Origin: Spongospora subterranea f. sp. subterranea
Taxonomy: Eukaryota
Direction of reading: 5' to 3'
DNA length: 64,000 bases
NCBI GenBank assembly: GCA_049724395.1
Contig: JAUGWO010000046.1
Location: 124,001 to 188,000, forward strand
Part shown: positions 38,971 to 51,149 of the stretch, piece by piece
Layout: each line of letters starts with the position of its first letter
How positions within the stretch are numbered: the first letter of the stretch is position 1
Notes under the pieces: model-generated
The model's database searches: none
Seen by the model: only the letters and a program-made list of their open reading frames with translations
Told to the model about the DNA's origin: nothing
Made by a program: the position numbers and the translations under genes

Positions 38971-40390
38971 TTATCTCCCTGTCCATATCCAATATTTCTT
39001 TGATAGCGTTTTCAGCGAGTAACTCCACGTTGCCGAATTCAGGATTTCGCAAAAGCAAGCATTGCCCGCGCACCGTGCAAAGTCGCACTGATCACACACG
39101 AGCATTACCGTAATGGATCCACGTGATTCACGTACTTGTCCATACCAGAAAACTCTATTTCTGCCTGTAAAGCCTGTTTTGTTTCGTAGACAGCATCCTT
39201 TCAAGTTGCGCACTCAACGATTCTTCGATTTCCTTTGTTCGCAAAAATTCCAGATTAGCTTGGTTCAACGCCTGGGATCGTTCTTCATTTAGCCACTGTT
39301 GAATTATTTAGACTGTTGACTCAATTTGTTTGCTTGAATACATGTGTACATGTCTGCATTGCGGCTTCAGAAACAGGCGGTGATATGCTAGCAGCTAAAG
39401 GCAACGGTAACAATGAAACCTAGGTCAACGTCAGTGGACCATATCTTCACTTCGACATATCACCTGTTGTTTTGGCTCAATGCCATGTATGATTGGATCT
39501 GTAAGTTTGACAGTCCCGATTTTTTCCTGCTGATTGGAATTCCCAGTTTCGACGTTCTCCTCTTTTTTCTGAGGCTTGACACATCTATACACAGTGCATT
39601 CAGGGTTATAGTATTGCTGAGATCAGGAGTTTCCCTACAACTCTGCGCATGGTTCAGGGATTTTTTGTTGTAAAATCGGCTGTCCATCAATCGTTCCAGA
39701 CGTGCTTAAATGAACGTTGCTCATGGAGTAGCGCATTACTGTTAAGTATCACAGGACTTACTTATTCCCTCCTGTCGAACTAACGAAGATCTGACGAGGA
39801 ATAGGAAGCAGCTCATTGCTGTTTTCTTGTTCACCGACAGCGATTTGTTTCGGAACCGGTTTCTGTAATAGCGGAGCTGTCGCCATAAGCGTTGATGATG
39901 CTGATGATCTTTTCACAAACTTCGCCGGGGGTGAGCTTCTGCATCTGGTAAACAAATCGTCATGCATGCTGTCATATTTCTGAGTGGTAGGCCATACTCA
40001 AGCAACGGGTTTGATGAGTGGACCTTCAAATGACCATCTGCTTCTGGATTTTGGCGAAATGCCAAATCAGTTTCACCTTGAAAGATCATTTTTTGATTGC
40101 AGCTTTTGTCGTCCTTTGTATCCATCGGTACAGCATCAAACGATAAATTTTGTCTGTTGCCGAACGTAAGATTTTTACATTCTTGACTATTGAGGTCATG
40201 TTAGCTGGGAGGGCAACTGGCTAAACCTTATCGCTGCAGTTACTTTACAGGTCTTCGAGGAGCCATGCTTTTCTCAATTGTAGGAACAAACTCGACTCCC
40301 GAGCCATAGTCCCTGCATATCATGGTCGACCAAAGCATATGGTGCGTAATTATTGTCAATTTTACAATAAATCAAACTCTTTCTCCATCT
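38971..40390 (-). CDS. Hypothetical protein, multi-exon
   Basis: Chain of minus-strand coding segments bounded by short intron-like gaps; no family recognised; start uncertain. Confidence 0.45.
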
Positions 40391-41113
40391 TTTTCAAAGG
40401 AATAACATTTGATTCCTCTCGTGGTCGTTTACTTGTCGCTGCCGCCCCTCTCCATTCCGTTATTTTTGGCCCATCCACAACGCCACCGTTCTCGCCCGTA
40501 TCATTCATCGTGGTGATATCAAATAATGTCAGATTAATGAGTATCGTATTGAATTAAAGTGATGATCATGTCAAGTAACGATACTGACAGCAATAGTGAT
40601 TGCAGATCCACAGACATTATCTCACTACACAGGTCATATCTACGTACAGTAATCAATCTGCCATGCACATTCTCATGTTTCTAACAGCACTCGGCAACAG
40701 TCACTCTGTATAACTGTGACCATTTCGGTGCACCGTCGGGACAACCGCCTGCCGTAACTGCATCATGTTGCAGGGATGGCAGATCTGTTCCACTAGTTTC
40801 ACTTTTAAATGTTTTTCGTGGCTGGCTCACTTATAGCGTACGACGCTGAGTGTGGGGATAATCCTAAGGAGCCGTCGTCAATTCGTTCGACGAGAGGGTT
40901 TGCTTCCGCAGTTGTTTTGCTTTGCAAACAAAATATCGATATGCCACCATTGAAAATAGCTTTTAAATAAACCTGGTAATCCCAGTCAACACTAATTTGT
41001 TTTACGATTTTGGTATAATTCGGTTTTGCAAACGATAATGACTGAATACAGCAACGCACCCAAGAGGTTGCCAGTTTTTTGAATATAACTGCAGTTGCTT
41101 TATCGCATCAAAA

Positions 41114-42511
41114 ATGCCCCATCGTGACGATATGTGCAGATTCATCGAAAGTGCACGCGACATATTCACAATATCAGTCATGAACCAGGTGGTTGATCAA
41201 GCTATAAATTTATCGAAAAACGAGGACGATGAATATGAAGATGATACAGAGAATTTTTCACATGAGCGAAATTCCAGCGACGAAGGAGCTCATCCTACAT
41301 TAGGTACAAGTGGCTTTTCAATCGCAATATGCCTACAGCAGTAGGATTCATTGTAGTTTTAGAATATGAGAAGACCCCAACAGAACCTGAGCCTGAGAAG
41401 ATCACCACAACCGACAATATTAGGGCAGGCGGTAAACCGCAGGCCGAGGACGCTCGTGTAAATTGTAGTAGATCGAATATCCACATTTTCCAACGATTAC
41501 TCATTCACCAAAGTAGATGCGAGAGATGAAGGGAAGATTGTTCTTCCTGAAAAGGACAATTTGACGCCTTCTGTTGTTTCCGAGAAGGTCACGATGGCTG
41601 ACGTGGTTGAGGACGTCATCATCAATTTCTTGGATCCGAATGTCCTACGACATAAGATCGCATTACTTCATGAGCAAATTGAAATATCCAATCGCCAGAT
41701 TCACCAGTTGCAGCTGATAAATAGAAAACTAATTCAGAAGGCCAAGGTTAGATGGCAACAACATTCTTGATCCCACGCTAATGGAACACCATAGGATATG
41801 AATCGTTCAGTTGATGAGATTATCGCCACAGTTCGATCGGATAGTGATATGCCGGCAACAACTCCCAGAAACAGAGCGGACGGTAGAATCTACTGTCTTT
41901 AAATCAATTGGCATTGATTGACCCATTGCCTACTTTAAGTACTTCAGAATGAGATCATCAATCTGAAGAAGTCAATCGAAGTCTGCAGTCGCCAAATCAA
42001 AGCAGATCAGGAAACAGTTACGAGGTATGTCTTTTGAAAGGTTGTATTTCCTCAACTGATGATATATGTTAGAAATTCAATTGATGTCTGCCTGAGCTTG
42101 GAAAACCATCTAGAAAAACTGCAAATTGAAAGACACAACCTTGAGAAGAAATATATATCAGTGGAAAATGTGAACAAGATTAGTACTTATAAGCCAATAT
42201 TTGTTGAGAATTTTCCTTAGGAGGTGAAAGTAAGAGAAAAAAGAATTGCTGCTCTAACGCAGAGTCTTGAGAGCAATATCCTATTAGAGCTCAGCCATAC
42301 TTTACAAAGGAATCGGGTATGGTCTAACCATATTTTCTGATGATCACTCTGTTTAGAATATTGCAATTAGGGAATTCTGCAGAGGAAGCAACTGCGGCAG
42401 CAAAACGACCAAGAACTAATCAATAAAAATCTCGAATTGATCGACAAGGCGGCGGCCAGGAAATCAGTCTTAACGGACCTTATGAAAGAGAATTATCTGG
42501 ACGAAAGCTAA
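41114..42511 (+). CDS. Hypothetical coiled-coil protein, multi-exon
   Basis: ATG at 41114, exons with GT-AG introns, heptad segments (LRHKIALLHEQIEISNRQIHQLQ), stop at 42509-42511. Confidence 0.6.
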
Positions 42512-42579
42512 TACACATAACAATTTTTGATTAATTCTCTTGTTGTAAACCAGAAGCAAGTGACTAAAAAGAGCGCGTC

Positions 42580-42960
42580 CCATCGACGATGATCATCAAC
42601 TTAGAACGAGACACAATCAGTCTCTATCCGACCGGTAAATTTCTTCTCTCAGGGAATATGTTTTGGCCGCCTCGAATATCCATCGTAAGAGTGCAACTGG
42701 TTTGGTCCAAATAGTGCACATTTCGCCTTTACATTATGGAGTTCCAAGTAGACCGGAAGATTTTCTCTCGTGTGATGATCCGATTCATCATACGCTCCCA
42801 TTCCCAAGTCATGCCACCAATACCTCCATCAACACGATCACGAACAACTGCATAAACCTTGTTCAAAAGAGTTCAATACCTGCTTGGCTTTATCTGAGAG
42901 TATTCGATTGCGAGTATTACTATCCAAATATCGGTCCAAGAAAATAGTCCCGAATCATTA
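42580..42960 (+). mobile_element. Possible degenerate DIRS/Ngaro-type RT fragment
   Basis: LHYGVPSRP / KIFSRVM / LLGFI across frames weakly resemble LPFGxxxSPxIFxK..LG; weak support. Confidence 0.25.
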
Positions 42961-43408
42961 CAACGAGAATTAAACGGGTTGTGAGGTCTAAGGAGCTCAA
43001 GATGTGCTCAAGTCTTGAATCAACAACTCGCCCATCTTTCAAAGCGAGCTGCGCGTTATGATTGGACAAAAAATAAATTTATACAGTGGACAGGAGAGAA
43101 TATGACTACCACATCATCCCTTAAAAATGAAAATTGAGAAACAACATGAGAAATGATCACAGGACGACGTGGACAACTGATGGCGTCGCACGTGATGATG
43201 TGCAGAGTGCAGGCCGAGAGTGGTCAGGTTGTTCAGCCTTCGGGACCAAGTTTGATCAGTGGTAACATATTTTTGTGCGAACTAAAGTTGTCGCAGCCCG
43301 GAACTGGGTACACAGTAGTACAGTAGTGGGAACGCGCACTTAAAACTTGACTGCGATTTTTATTGTCATTGCAACAACTATTGCAACTTTCTCTATAGTT
43401 AGGGCGTT

Positions 43409-44446
43409 ATGAATCTAGTGCTGCTACTTTTTGCGGCCATAATCTCTCAACGCATTGCCAATGCGTCAGTATTGGTTTGGAACCCATTGAAATTGTTTTC
43501 ACGATATCCGTCTTTTATTCAATCCGCAAGTTCTGATGAAGTGGCATGTGTATTGGAAGCTTTTACCGGAGAGTCATGTTCAACAAAGGTAGTTTATTAA
43601 TAGGTTTTTTATATACAAGTTTTGACTTTGTGCATAGAGTGACGTGGTCGACGAATTTATATTTTCCGACAGCAGGAACAAGTCAGGTTCAAGAGCTGTC
43701 GTAGCATTTTTTGCTCCGTCGGATTATAAACATACTACTGCATTCGCTCAATTAACCGGGGCCTATTCAATTAAAGGCATGAGATTCTGGTAAATTCTGT
43801 TTATTTGAATATTAACGTTATGTTCCTGCTCAGAAGCCGATTCGCTGTTTAATCTTATTCAGTCATCAGAGACTGTAACGGAAATTTCGTTTGGAACGAT
43901 CCCGGATACATTTGCTAAATCTCGAGACCGTTTTGATGTGGTAGAAGTTGATTTGAACTATTTAAATGTTGGTGGATTGTATTGCAAAAAAAAGTTTGTT
44001 GCTCGCCTAATGCCTTCGACAGGATTTAATGTGGCCGATTCAAGGAGACAAGGTCGTTTTTTTCAGTGTGAGAGGGGATCATTTTGAAAATCAGAACTTG
44101 TTCCGTTTTACGCAAGATGTTGCTAAGAGATACTCGAATAACTACGTTGGCTTGATCAACGTTGCGGATGGACATCGCCCGAAGTCATGGGTTGCTCTTG
44201 CAGACCAAACCGAGGTATATCATTCAAGGCATACGCAAATTATGTCTCATAACTAACGAATTTATTTAGTCAGAAAACGGTTCGGATCCTGCTCCTTCGG
44301 ATTATATTACTTGGGAAATACTGGTCGGGCTCATATTAACTGCCTTGTTCTTCGGAATCACAGCGTGTTTTTTGGGACTTCTTGACGGCATCGAAACCCC
44401 TCTTCGATTCCCACGTCAACCGTTCGATGTCTCTAAAGAATACTAA
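43409..44446 (+). CDS. Type I membrane protein, V-ATPase accessory Ac45/VOA1-like
   Basis: Signal peptide MNLVLLLFAAIISQRIANA; C-terminal YITWEILVGLILTALFFGITACFLGLLDGIETPLRF..KEY. Confidence 0.7.
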
Positions 44447-44484
44447 ACAATGAGCGAGTTGTTGTGATAGACTTGACAGACCAG

Positions 44485-45900
44485 TTATCTGAAGTAGCAT
44501 CCCCTTGGTTGAGATCGCTTTTTCGATAGAGAATGCGGTTTGCGCGTTCTAAATTCAAGAGAGTCTTTTGGCGATCTTGGTTGAAACATGAAGTCCTCGT
44601 AGTCAAACATATTTACTGGAAGAGTGCTATGACAGTCTAATTGACAAGAAGTTGTGGTATCGTAAGTTGGGTACGCATAGTCGAGTGTCTTGGGAGGCAC
44701 CCTTATCGAGTACCTTGAAGGCTGAGTAGACGAGGACTTTGACAGAGGAGCTTGACGCTCTTCCGTAATGCTTCCAAAGTCTATATCTTCTGGAACCATG
44801 ATTGCAGCACTAATGTTGCGATTGATCGAGATGGGTGAGGGTGCCGGTAACATTGAAGGAAACTTGTTTCCATATAATTTTTCTGATGATGCGGTTTCGT
44901 TTTTTGAAGGGAAAACTAATCTGTTGGAGACTGTTTGTAATGGACTCTTCCTTTCAGGTCTTTTTCCAGTCCGACGTCGTTTCTTTGGAGTCGTCAATTC
45001 GGTATCAATTTTAAGAGAATCATTAAAGCCTTCAACCATTTTGAGTAATGTTGCTTGAGCCATCTTTTTATATGCTTTATATCCGCGTCTCAGAAACCAT
45101 CAGGGGCAAAACTAGGAGCTTACTTCCGTTTTCGTATTCTGGGAGCAGTTTGTACGGGATTTTCATAGTGTTTTCCGCTGATATGCTCTGCTTAGAGCAT
45201 GTTTTCTGATTCGAAAGCCTGAAATCGAAGCGTGTTGAACTTTTTTTCAGCGCAAGCTATTATTAATTTCTCACACTTTTGCTTTTGGGCATGTTTCGCA
45301 AATAGGTTGTCATCGCGCTGCTGCTCAACCTGTATTTCCCCATTCCTGTCTAAAACGGCGCTTGGTCAGTGTTTAAGAGCATTGCGGGGTACATCAACCT
45401 TTAATAATTGTCTTTGAGCGGACAGCGTTGGCAAATATCCCTGAGCGCATTGTGCTGGCAATGGGTATGTTTTACCCGATATATAAATCAACGCGGCTAT
45501 ACAATCAGCGACTGTTGATTATTGCGACTAGTAATGATAGACACGATAGCGTTTCCCTGATCCCAACTGTTACCCAACTCATTACTGTGTCGCTCGCTTC
45601 CACAGTCCCTTCTTCTCATAACGGGATACCCGATACTGCATTGGCTGATAGTTCTGGAAGAGTCCCACCATCAAAAGGATCTCGCCTTCCTTTGGCAAAT
45701 GGATGGCAGTAACGGACCGGTATCAGGTCTTCGCAGCATTTAAATACCAATTTATTGACGATATTTTCACTGGAGATTTTGCTTGTAGCATCACAAACTG
45801 TCACTAATTCCCCTTTTTATGCGTCGGAGCGATTACTCTTCAGACTTGTTCCGCATACTTCAAGAACTCCTCGAGCTCAGCAGTTAAACACGCGTCGTCT
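44485..45900 (-). CDS. Hypothetical protein, multi-exon
   Basis: 192-aa terminal exon ORF with basic motif PKKRRR plus upstream spliced exons; start uncertain. Confidence 0.5.
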
Positions 45901-45978
45901 GTCAATTCAGTCGACAGATGCGACGCGACACGGACTTGATAATCATTAAAGCCGTCAGTCGAAAAAATCGTCAGCTTA

Positions 45979-47287
45979 ATGGGAGATGTGCACCCTTTGA
46001 AAGGTTCGGGCAAATCGAAACATCCGCTCGTTCACGTCCTGGCTGGGTGCTCCAGTGGAATTGCTGGGGCAATTCTTTTACAAGTAACAATGGTTTGTGT
46101 TTTTCTACCGGGTTTTGCTAAAGCGGTAATAGCCGCTGGATGTGGTTAAGACGACAATGATCGGCACGTTCCGTTCAGACAGCAGACACCCAATTGTGTT
46201 CACCAGATCCATTGATGCAGCAAAATATGTGGCGCGTAGCCAAGGTGTTTTTGGGTCAGTTTCCCCAAATAAACTGTTAAATCAACATTTATTCCTGTTC
46301 GTTCAGACTGTGGCGTGGCTTAGTGCCGTCTGTGGCTCGAGTGTCTTTTGGTGCTGGAATGTATTTTGGAATACTCAACCTAACATTGATTAATAATGAT
46401 AACGGTACTCCTACTAAGCAGGTATCTTCTCAAAGCACTTGTTTAGTGAGCGCTCAACTCCTGTAAAGAGTGCCGCCTTCTCTGGAGCGCTGGCGCGAAC
46501 TATATCAGCTATTGTTGCAAGCCCATTAACTTTGATTAAAACCCGTTTTGAGGCAACTGCGTTAACTTCCCAGGAGTACAAAGGCGTAATTGATGCTGGT
46601 TTAAAAATCGCAAAGAATGAAGGATGGAAGGGTCTATATTCTGGTTGGTTCTGATCAATTGAATTCATATTATCCTCTATTCTTATAGGTTTTTTCAGGG
46701 CTCATACCGACCCTCATCAGGGATGTTCCCTATTCGTCAATCAATGTCCTTATTTTCACTCAAGTGAAGCCCGTTATTCTTCGTATGCAATCGCACCATG
46801 CTGTCATTCATTTTTTTCATATGATATTATTAGAGTACGTGGCTGAATCGCATGCTGCCAGCACCATTTTATCGGGAATAATATCTGGGTAGTCTTGGAA
46901 CAGCAGTTACGCATCGTAGGCAGCGTGTTCAAATCCAACTGTTTCGCCATTGACCAGGTCTTCCTTAGCTATGGATGTAGTTCGAACACGGATGCAGGTA
47001 GGTGTCGCTGAAGCGTTGTTACTTATTAGGTTGTTATCTTACCTGCGACATAGCTTCAACAAACAAATCCCGGGTTGCTTAAGGCCCTTTCAAGGTTGTT
47101 CACCGAAGACGGCATTCGAGGGCTGTTTAAAGGAGTTGTTCCTCGCTTGGTTAAACGGGGATTATCGAACGCTATGACATGGTCTTTATGCATTCCTCTA
47201 ATGTTGCAATTTTTCTGACCGGTTTTGGTTCTCCGTAGGACAATCTACGAAGAGGTTGTAGCGCTTCATAAGCGGTATAATACATAG
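45979..47287 (+). CDS. SLC25A38: Mitochondrial carrier, SLC25A38/Hem25 (glycine carrier)-like, multi-exon
   Basis: Carrier signatures QPLDVVKT, PLTLIKTRFE, PMDVVRTRMQ; family-typical PTLIRDVPYS and PRLVKR..NAMTWTIYEE. One extra G near 46889 breaks the frame. Confidence 0.85.
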
Positions 47288-47497
47288 CGCATTCTGAGAT
47301 ATGATGTAAGGAGTTTTTGCTCTATTTAGTTACTATATGATAACCACGCCAATTTCACCCGGTGCTGTGCTGCTGTTCATAATATCAGTGATAATCCTAC
47401 CAGACATATCACATAGCAGCAAGGCATGTTCAGAATGGAGGTTTTGAGTACTGGGTAGCAAGACATAATTTCTTTGCGTTTATACATTCAGATGTTA

Positions 47498-48349
47498 CTA
47501 GGTTTCTGAGATCATCGATGTTGCTGGGCCAAACAATCCCTCAAGTAGCATTTGTTCGATCTCGTGGGCGACCCCATCTTTGTTGTTATCAAACCTGGTC
47601 ACCTTTTTAGCGGCTGCTTTAGTCTCTTTGTATCCGTTTGCCATGGCCATCCCCATTCCTGCAAACTGGAGGAATTCAATGTCGTTCCATCCATCGCCGA
47701 ATGCGACAATGTTCTCACTTGGTATCTGCAGATAAGCAGACAATTTCTGTAGACCTGCCCCTTTATGTACATCTGGAGCGAGACACTCCACAAAGAATTC
47801 GCCACGAATAATTTGAAGCTGATCGGCAAACATCACCTTTAACTGTTCGGTGACAGTTTTAGTATCAGTAGTCATGACTACGATTTTGCAAGGTTTCTTA
47901 TTCGGGATATTGGCGTAGTCTTCAACGTAGTTGAATACAGCCGCAGTTTGTGCTTGGTATCTTTGAACGAGGGCGTTGTGCTCATCCGAAAGAGGCTTTA
48001 CATGGACAAGTTCGTTGTCGTAATAGTTAAGATAGTGGCGGTTTTCATTGGCGTAGTCGATAATGGTTGTAATATGATGCTCAGGAACGGGATTTATGAA
48101 AACGACCTTGCGATCAAAATTTCTAGGGGCAACAATGTGTGCTCCGTTATAAGAAACAATATGCAGATCCAAGCCTAGAGTCTTTTCAACAAGTTCGGCA
48201 CAGAATGTGGATCGCCCTGTGCAAAGAGCGACCAGAGCGCCAGTTTCAGTCACCCTACGGACGGCGTCAATTGTTCTCTGCGATACTTCATGGTTGCTGT
48301 TCATCAACGTTCCATCAATATCCACGGCTAATAAACAATATTTCGCCAT
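47498..48349 (-). CDS. Cof-type HAD-IIB hydrolase, intronless
   Basis: LAVDIDGTLMN (motif I), ALCTGR (II), HKG (III), AFGDGWNDIEFL (IV), NNKDGVA. Confidence 0.92.
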   Translation of the reverse strand: MAKYCLLAVDIDGTLMNSNHEVSQRTIDAVRRVTETGALVALCTGRSTFCAELVEKTLGLDLHIVSYNGAHIVAPRNFDRKVVFINPVPEHHITTIIDYANENRHYLNYYDNELVHVKPLSDEHNALVQRYQAQTAAVFNYVEDYANIPNKKPCKIVVMTTDTKTVTEQLKVMFADQLQIIRGEFFVECLAPDVHKGAGLQKLSAYLQIPSENIVAFGDGWNDIEFLQFAGMGMAMANGYKETKAAAKKVTRFDNNKDGVAHEIEQMLLEGLFGPATSMISET

Positions 48350-49980
48350 CGCCAACAAGCACAAGTTTGGAAACGCTTGCTGATTGCCGTCGAATACGCC
48401 CGATCAATTACTTTCTACTCCTAGTCACGAGGTGTCTTTGATGTCGTCCTGACTGCGTGAAGCCAAGAGCTTTCCCCGACCCGGGTGTCAACTGTGTGCA
48501 AACGGTCCATACACTGCCGAAAAACCTGGCAAGAAAGCGGATGCTCAAAATAGTCGGCAGGGCTTCAGGACACGTCTGTCATTTTTTTAATCGCTCGAAA
48601 TTTTCCCTGAATGGCTTGAATCGCGGCGCCACAAAGTCCATAATTTGCAGTTGCCTCGATAACGGAATAGTTCCATCGTGACCGGAACCACAGCACACAA
48701 GTCTTGGAAGCTACTGGAAATTTATAAGAACAAGAATTGACCGACGAGAATTTAGACCGCCTTCTTCTATCTGGTCCCATTCTCGTATCAGTATCGAAAA
48801 AAGGTCTTTTCAAAACCAGACTTGCGCTGGGCAACTTAAATTGGGGGAAGTTTGATACGAAGAAAAGGTACAGAAGGAAATTCAAGGCCGTTGGAATCAT
48901 CGCAGACATGCTCTTAACCATGGTCAACAATGAGCTGTCGAAAATGGCTAATGCACTACTACGTTCGGTCACCCTTACACATTTAGTTGCATTCGGTTTG
49001 GTATGACCTGGTCTTGACTGGATTGCTCTATTCCCATCTCATATTTCGAATAATTCACCACGTGAGGTCTCATCGAACCCGTTTCCATTGGGATCATCAT
49101 TTCAGTTTTACAAACCATTACCATTACATAGGTCATTTAGAGTTCCCATAACAGAGCGAACAAGTGATGTCCAGTAACCAATCTGGAGCAACAGTTTCCC
49201 TCAGCGGCACCGTAAACATTACTCCATCATCATATTCAGTGTCCTCAACAGTATACTGCTCTTGAGAGAATTTTGAGATTGGTATTTGTTGGTTTTCGGG
49301 GCTGGCGCGAAACGCACGTGCGATAGACCTGAAGGGTGTTGTCATCGGTGTACTCAGAAATTTTCAAAAAGATGATCGATTGGAGTGAGATAATCCTTCG
49401 AGTGTATCATTATCGTGAATCTTGGTTTACTCAAGAACGAGGCAATTTCGGTTGGATGGTTTGTATGTTTTTGGTTGTTTGTGTTCGCCTTTGAATTTGT
49501 ACAAGGTGCCGACATCAGGAGGAACCATCGATGACGGTCCCGATCTCCCACACGATGAAACAGTTCTGAAAGAAAATCTGGTGTCCCTGCAACATTCTTC
49601 ACGACATAAAAAGCCCGAGGTTATTGGCGTTCTTGACTCATATCAGACCAGGTTCGACAGCAAATCAAATGAGTGTCGATTGGGTGGATTTGCAGATGGT
49701 GCTAAAGTGTATGCGTTTGAAAACTTAAAGACGTCGAGAAAGATATATTAAGAGACGCAAAAAAGATGTAAGACTCGCAAAACATTAATTAATATGTCAG
49801 CGGATGACGACGAGGATGAGGAAATCATGGCCGGAAGTGCAGTCAAAGACCACCAACTAAAGAACACGAACTCGAGTGTGCAGACTTCACTGTGTTTAGA
49901 AGTGACTGCGCACAGTGTTGGAACCTGGAGTCACTTCGGACTGTGTGGACAGTGTGGACTGTGGACTGTGTGGAGAAATA

Positions 49981-50991
49981 CATTTTGATCGAAAATTGAT
50001 CGAGATCGAAAATTGATCGAAACGGTGCGCAGCCCGTGTATGGATACACTGAGCAAAACACTGTCATACACTGTACAATTGATCGAAAATTGATCGATAC
50101 TGCGCGCAGCCACCTCAAATATACACTTTATAGGTATAGATGGTTATTATTATGACATATTTTAGCTGATATTTGCTTGACGAATTTCACTCGTTCACCA
50201 GCAATGCTTGGCGTGTTGTTCACTTAACGATGGCAATACCATACTGGAAAAGATTTGTTGCCAAAAAATCTGGTAGACAAGTGTCACAAAATTTTGATGG
50301 CCGGAGGTTTTACTCCAGATGAACATTACTCAGTTTCTTTAGAAGGTTTCGGAGTTTATTCCAGATAGAGGCATCATGTCTTAATTGTCAAGTGTTACTG
50401 ATTTCAGTTCAGAAAACTCATTCATGAAATGCTTGATATTTACTCATGGATAAAAAACTGTTGCTCTGGCACGGAAATTCCAAGATTGGATCAAAGAGGC
50501 CACCTTCGTTGCGCCAGAACAGGACCAGTTCAATACAGTTTGTATTGAAACGGCGACCAGTATCGTGCCAGAGGCTTTGATTAACAACCGCCTGGAGCAT
50601 CAATTCATGTCGGAGATTAATTCCAGGACGCTGATGGAAAATCTCGCCGGAACGGCTTGCCTGACGAATGATATCATGAATGGCTGGCTACGGCTTCAAC
50701 TTGCCATGCATTCCCATCAGTCAATTGCGTTGTTGGATTCAGTCCTACTGCAGGTATCTGGGACACGAATCATCAATCGCCATTGGCGAGAAGCTGCACA
50801 CTTTAAACCTCAGCGGAAATTGTATTTGATCCCGCTAAATGTAAGACGTCTCAGCATTAATATCCACACTTAAACATTGTAATATAGCTTGACAATTCAC
50901 ACTGGGTCGGGTGTGCGATTGTCGGCAGGCAAGTCCTCGTGTATGACCCACTCGATCAATTTTCGATCTCGATCAATTTTCGATCAATCTG
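49981..50991. mobile_element. Non-autonomous TIR element (~1 kb) with ~40-bp TIRs, TA flanks and a Ulp1/C48 peptidase fragment
   Basis: Left TA|cattttgatcgaaaattgatcgagatcgaaaattgatcga; right tcgatcaattttcgatctcgatcaattttcgatcaatctg|TA. Internal + strand CLTNDIMNGWL..LYLIPLN/..NSHWVG..VLVYDPL. Confidence 0.75.
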
Positions 50992-51149
50992 TACCCCACC
51001 GACTGTGTGGACAGTGTGGACTGTGGACTGTGTCTGTGGCCCACCGTATGGTGTACCGTACCGTAGTCCGTACCGTGCTGTCTTCCGATTTCTATTAAGT
51101 GTCATTACTGATTTAATCCGGAAACCTGTTGCGATCAGCATCCAAACTA

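Noticed and set aside
48450..49930. Short ORFs between the HAD gene and the TIR element
   Set aside because: No recognisable motifs or consistent exon chain; left unannotated.
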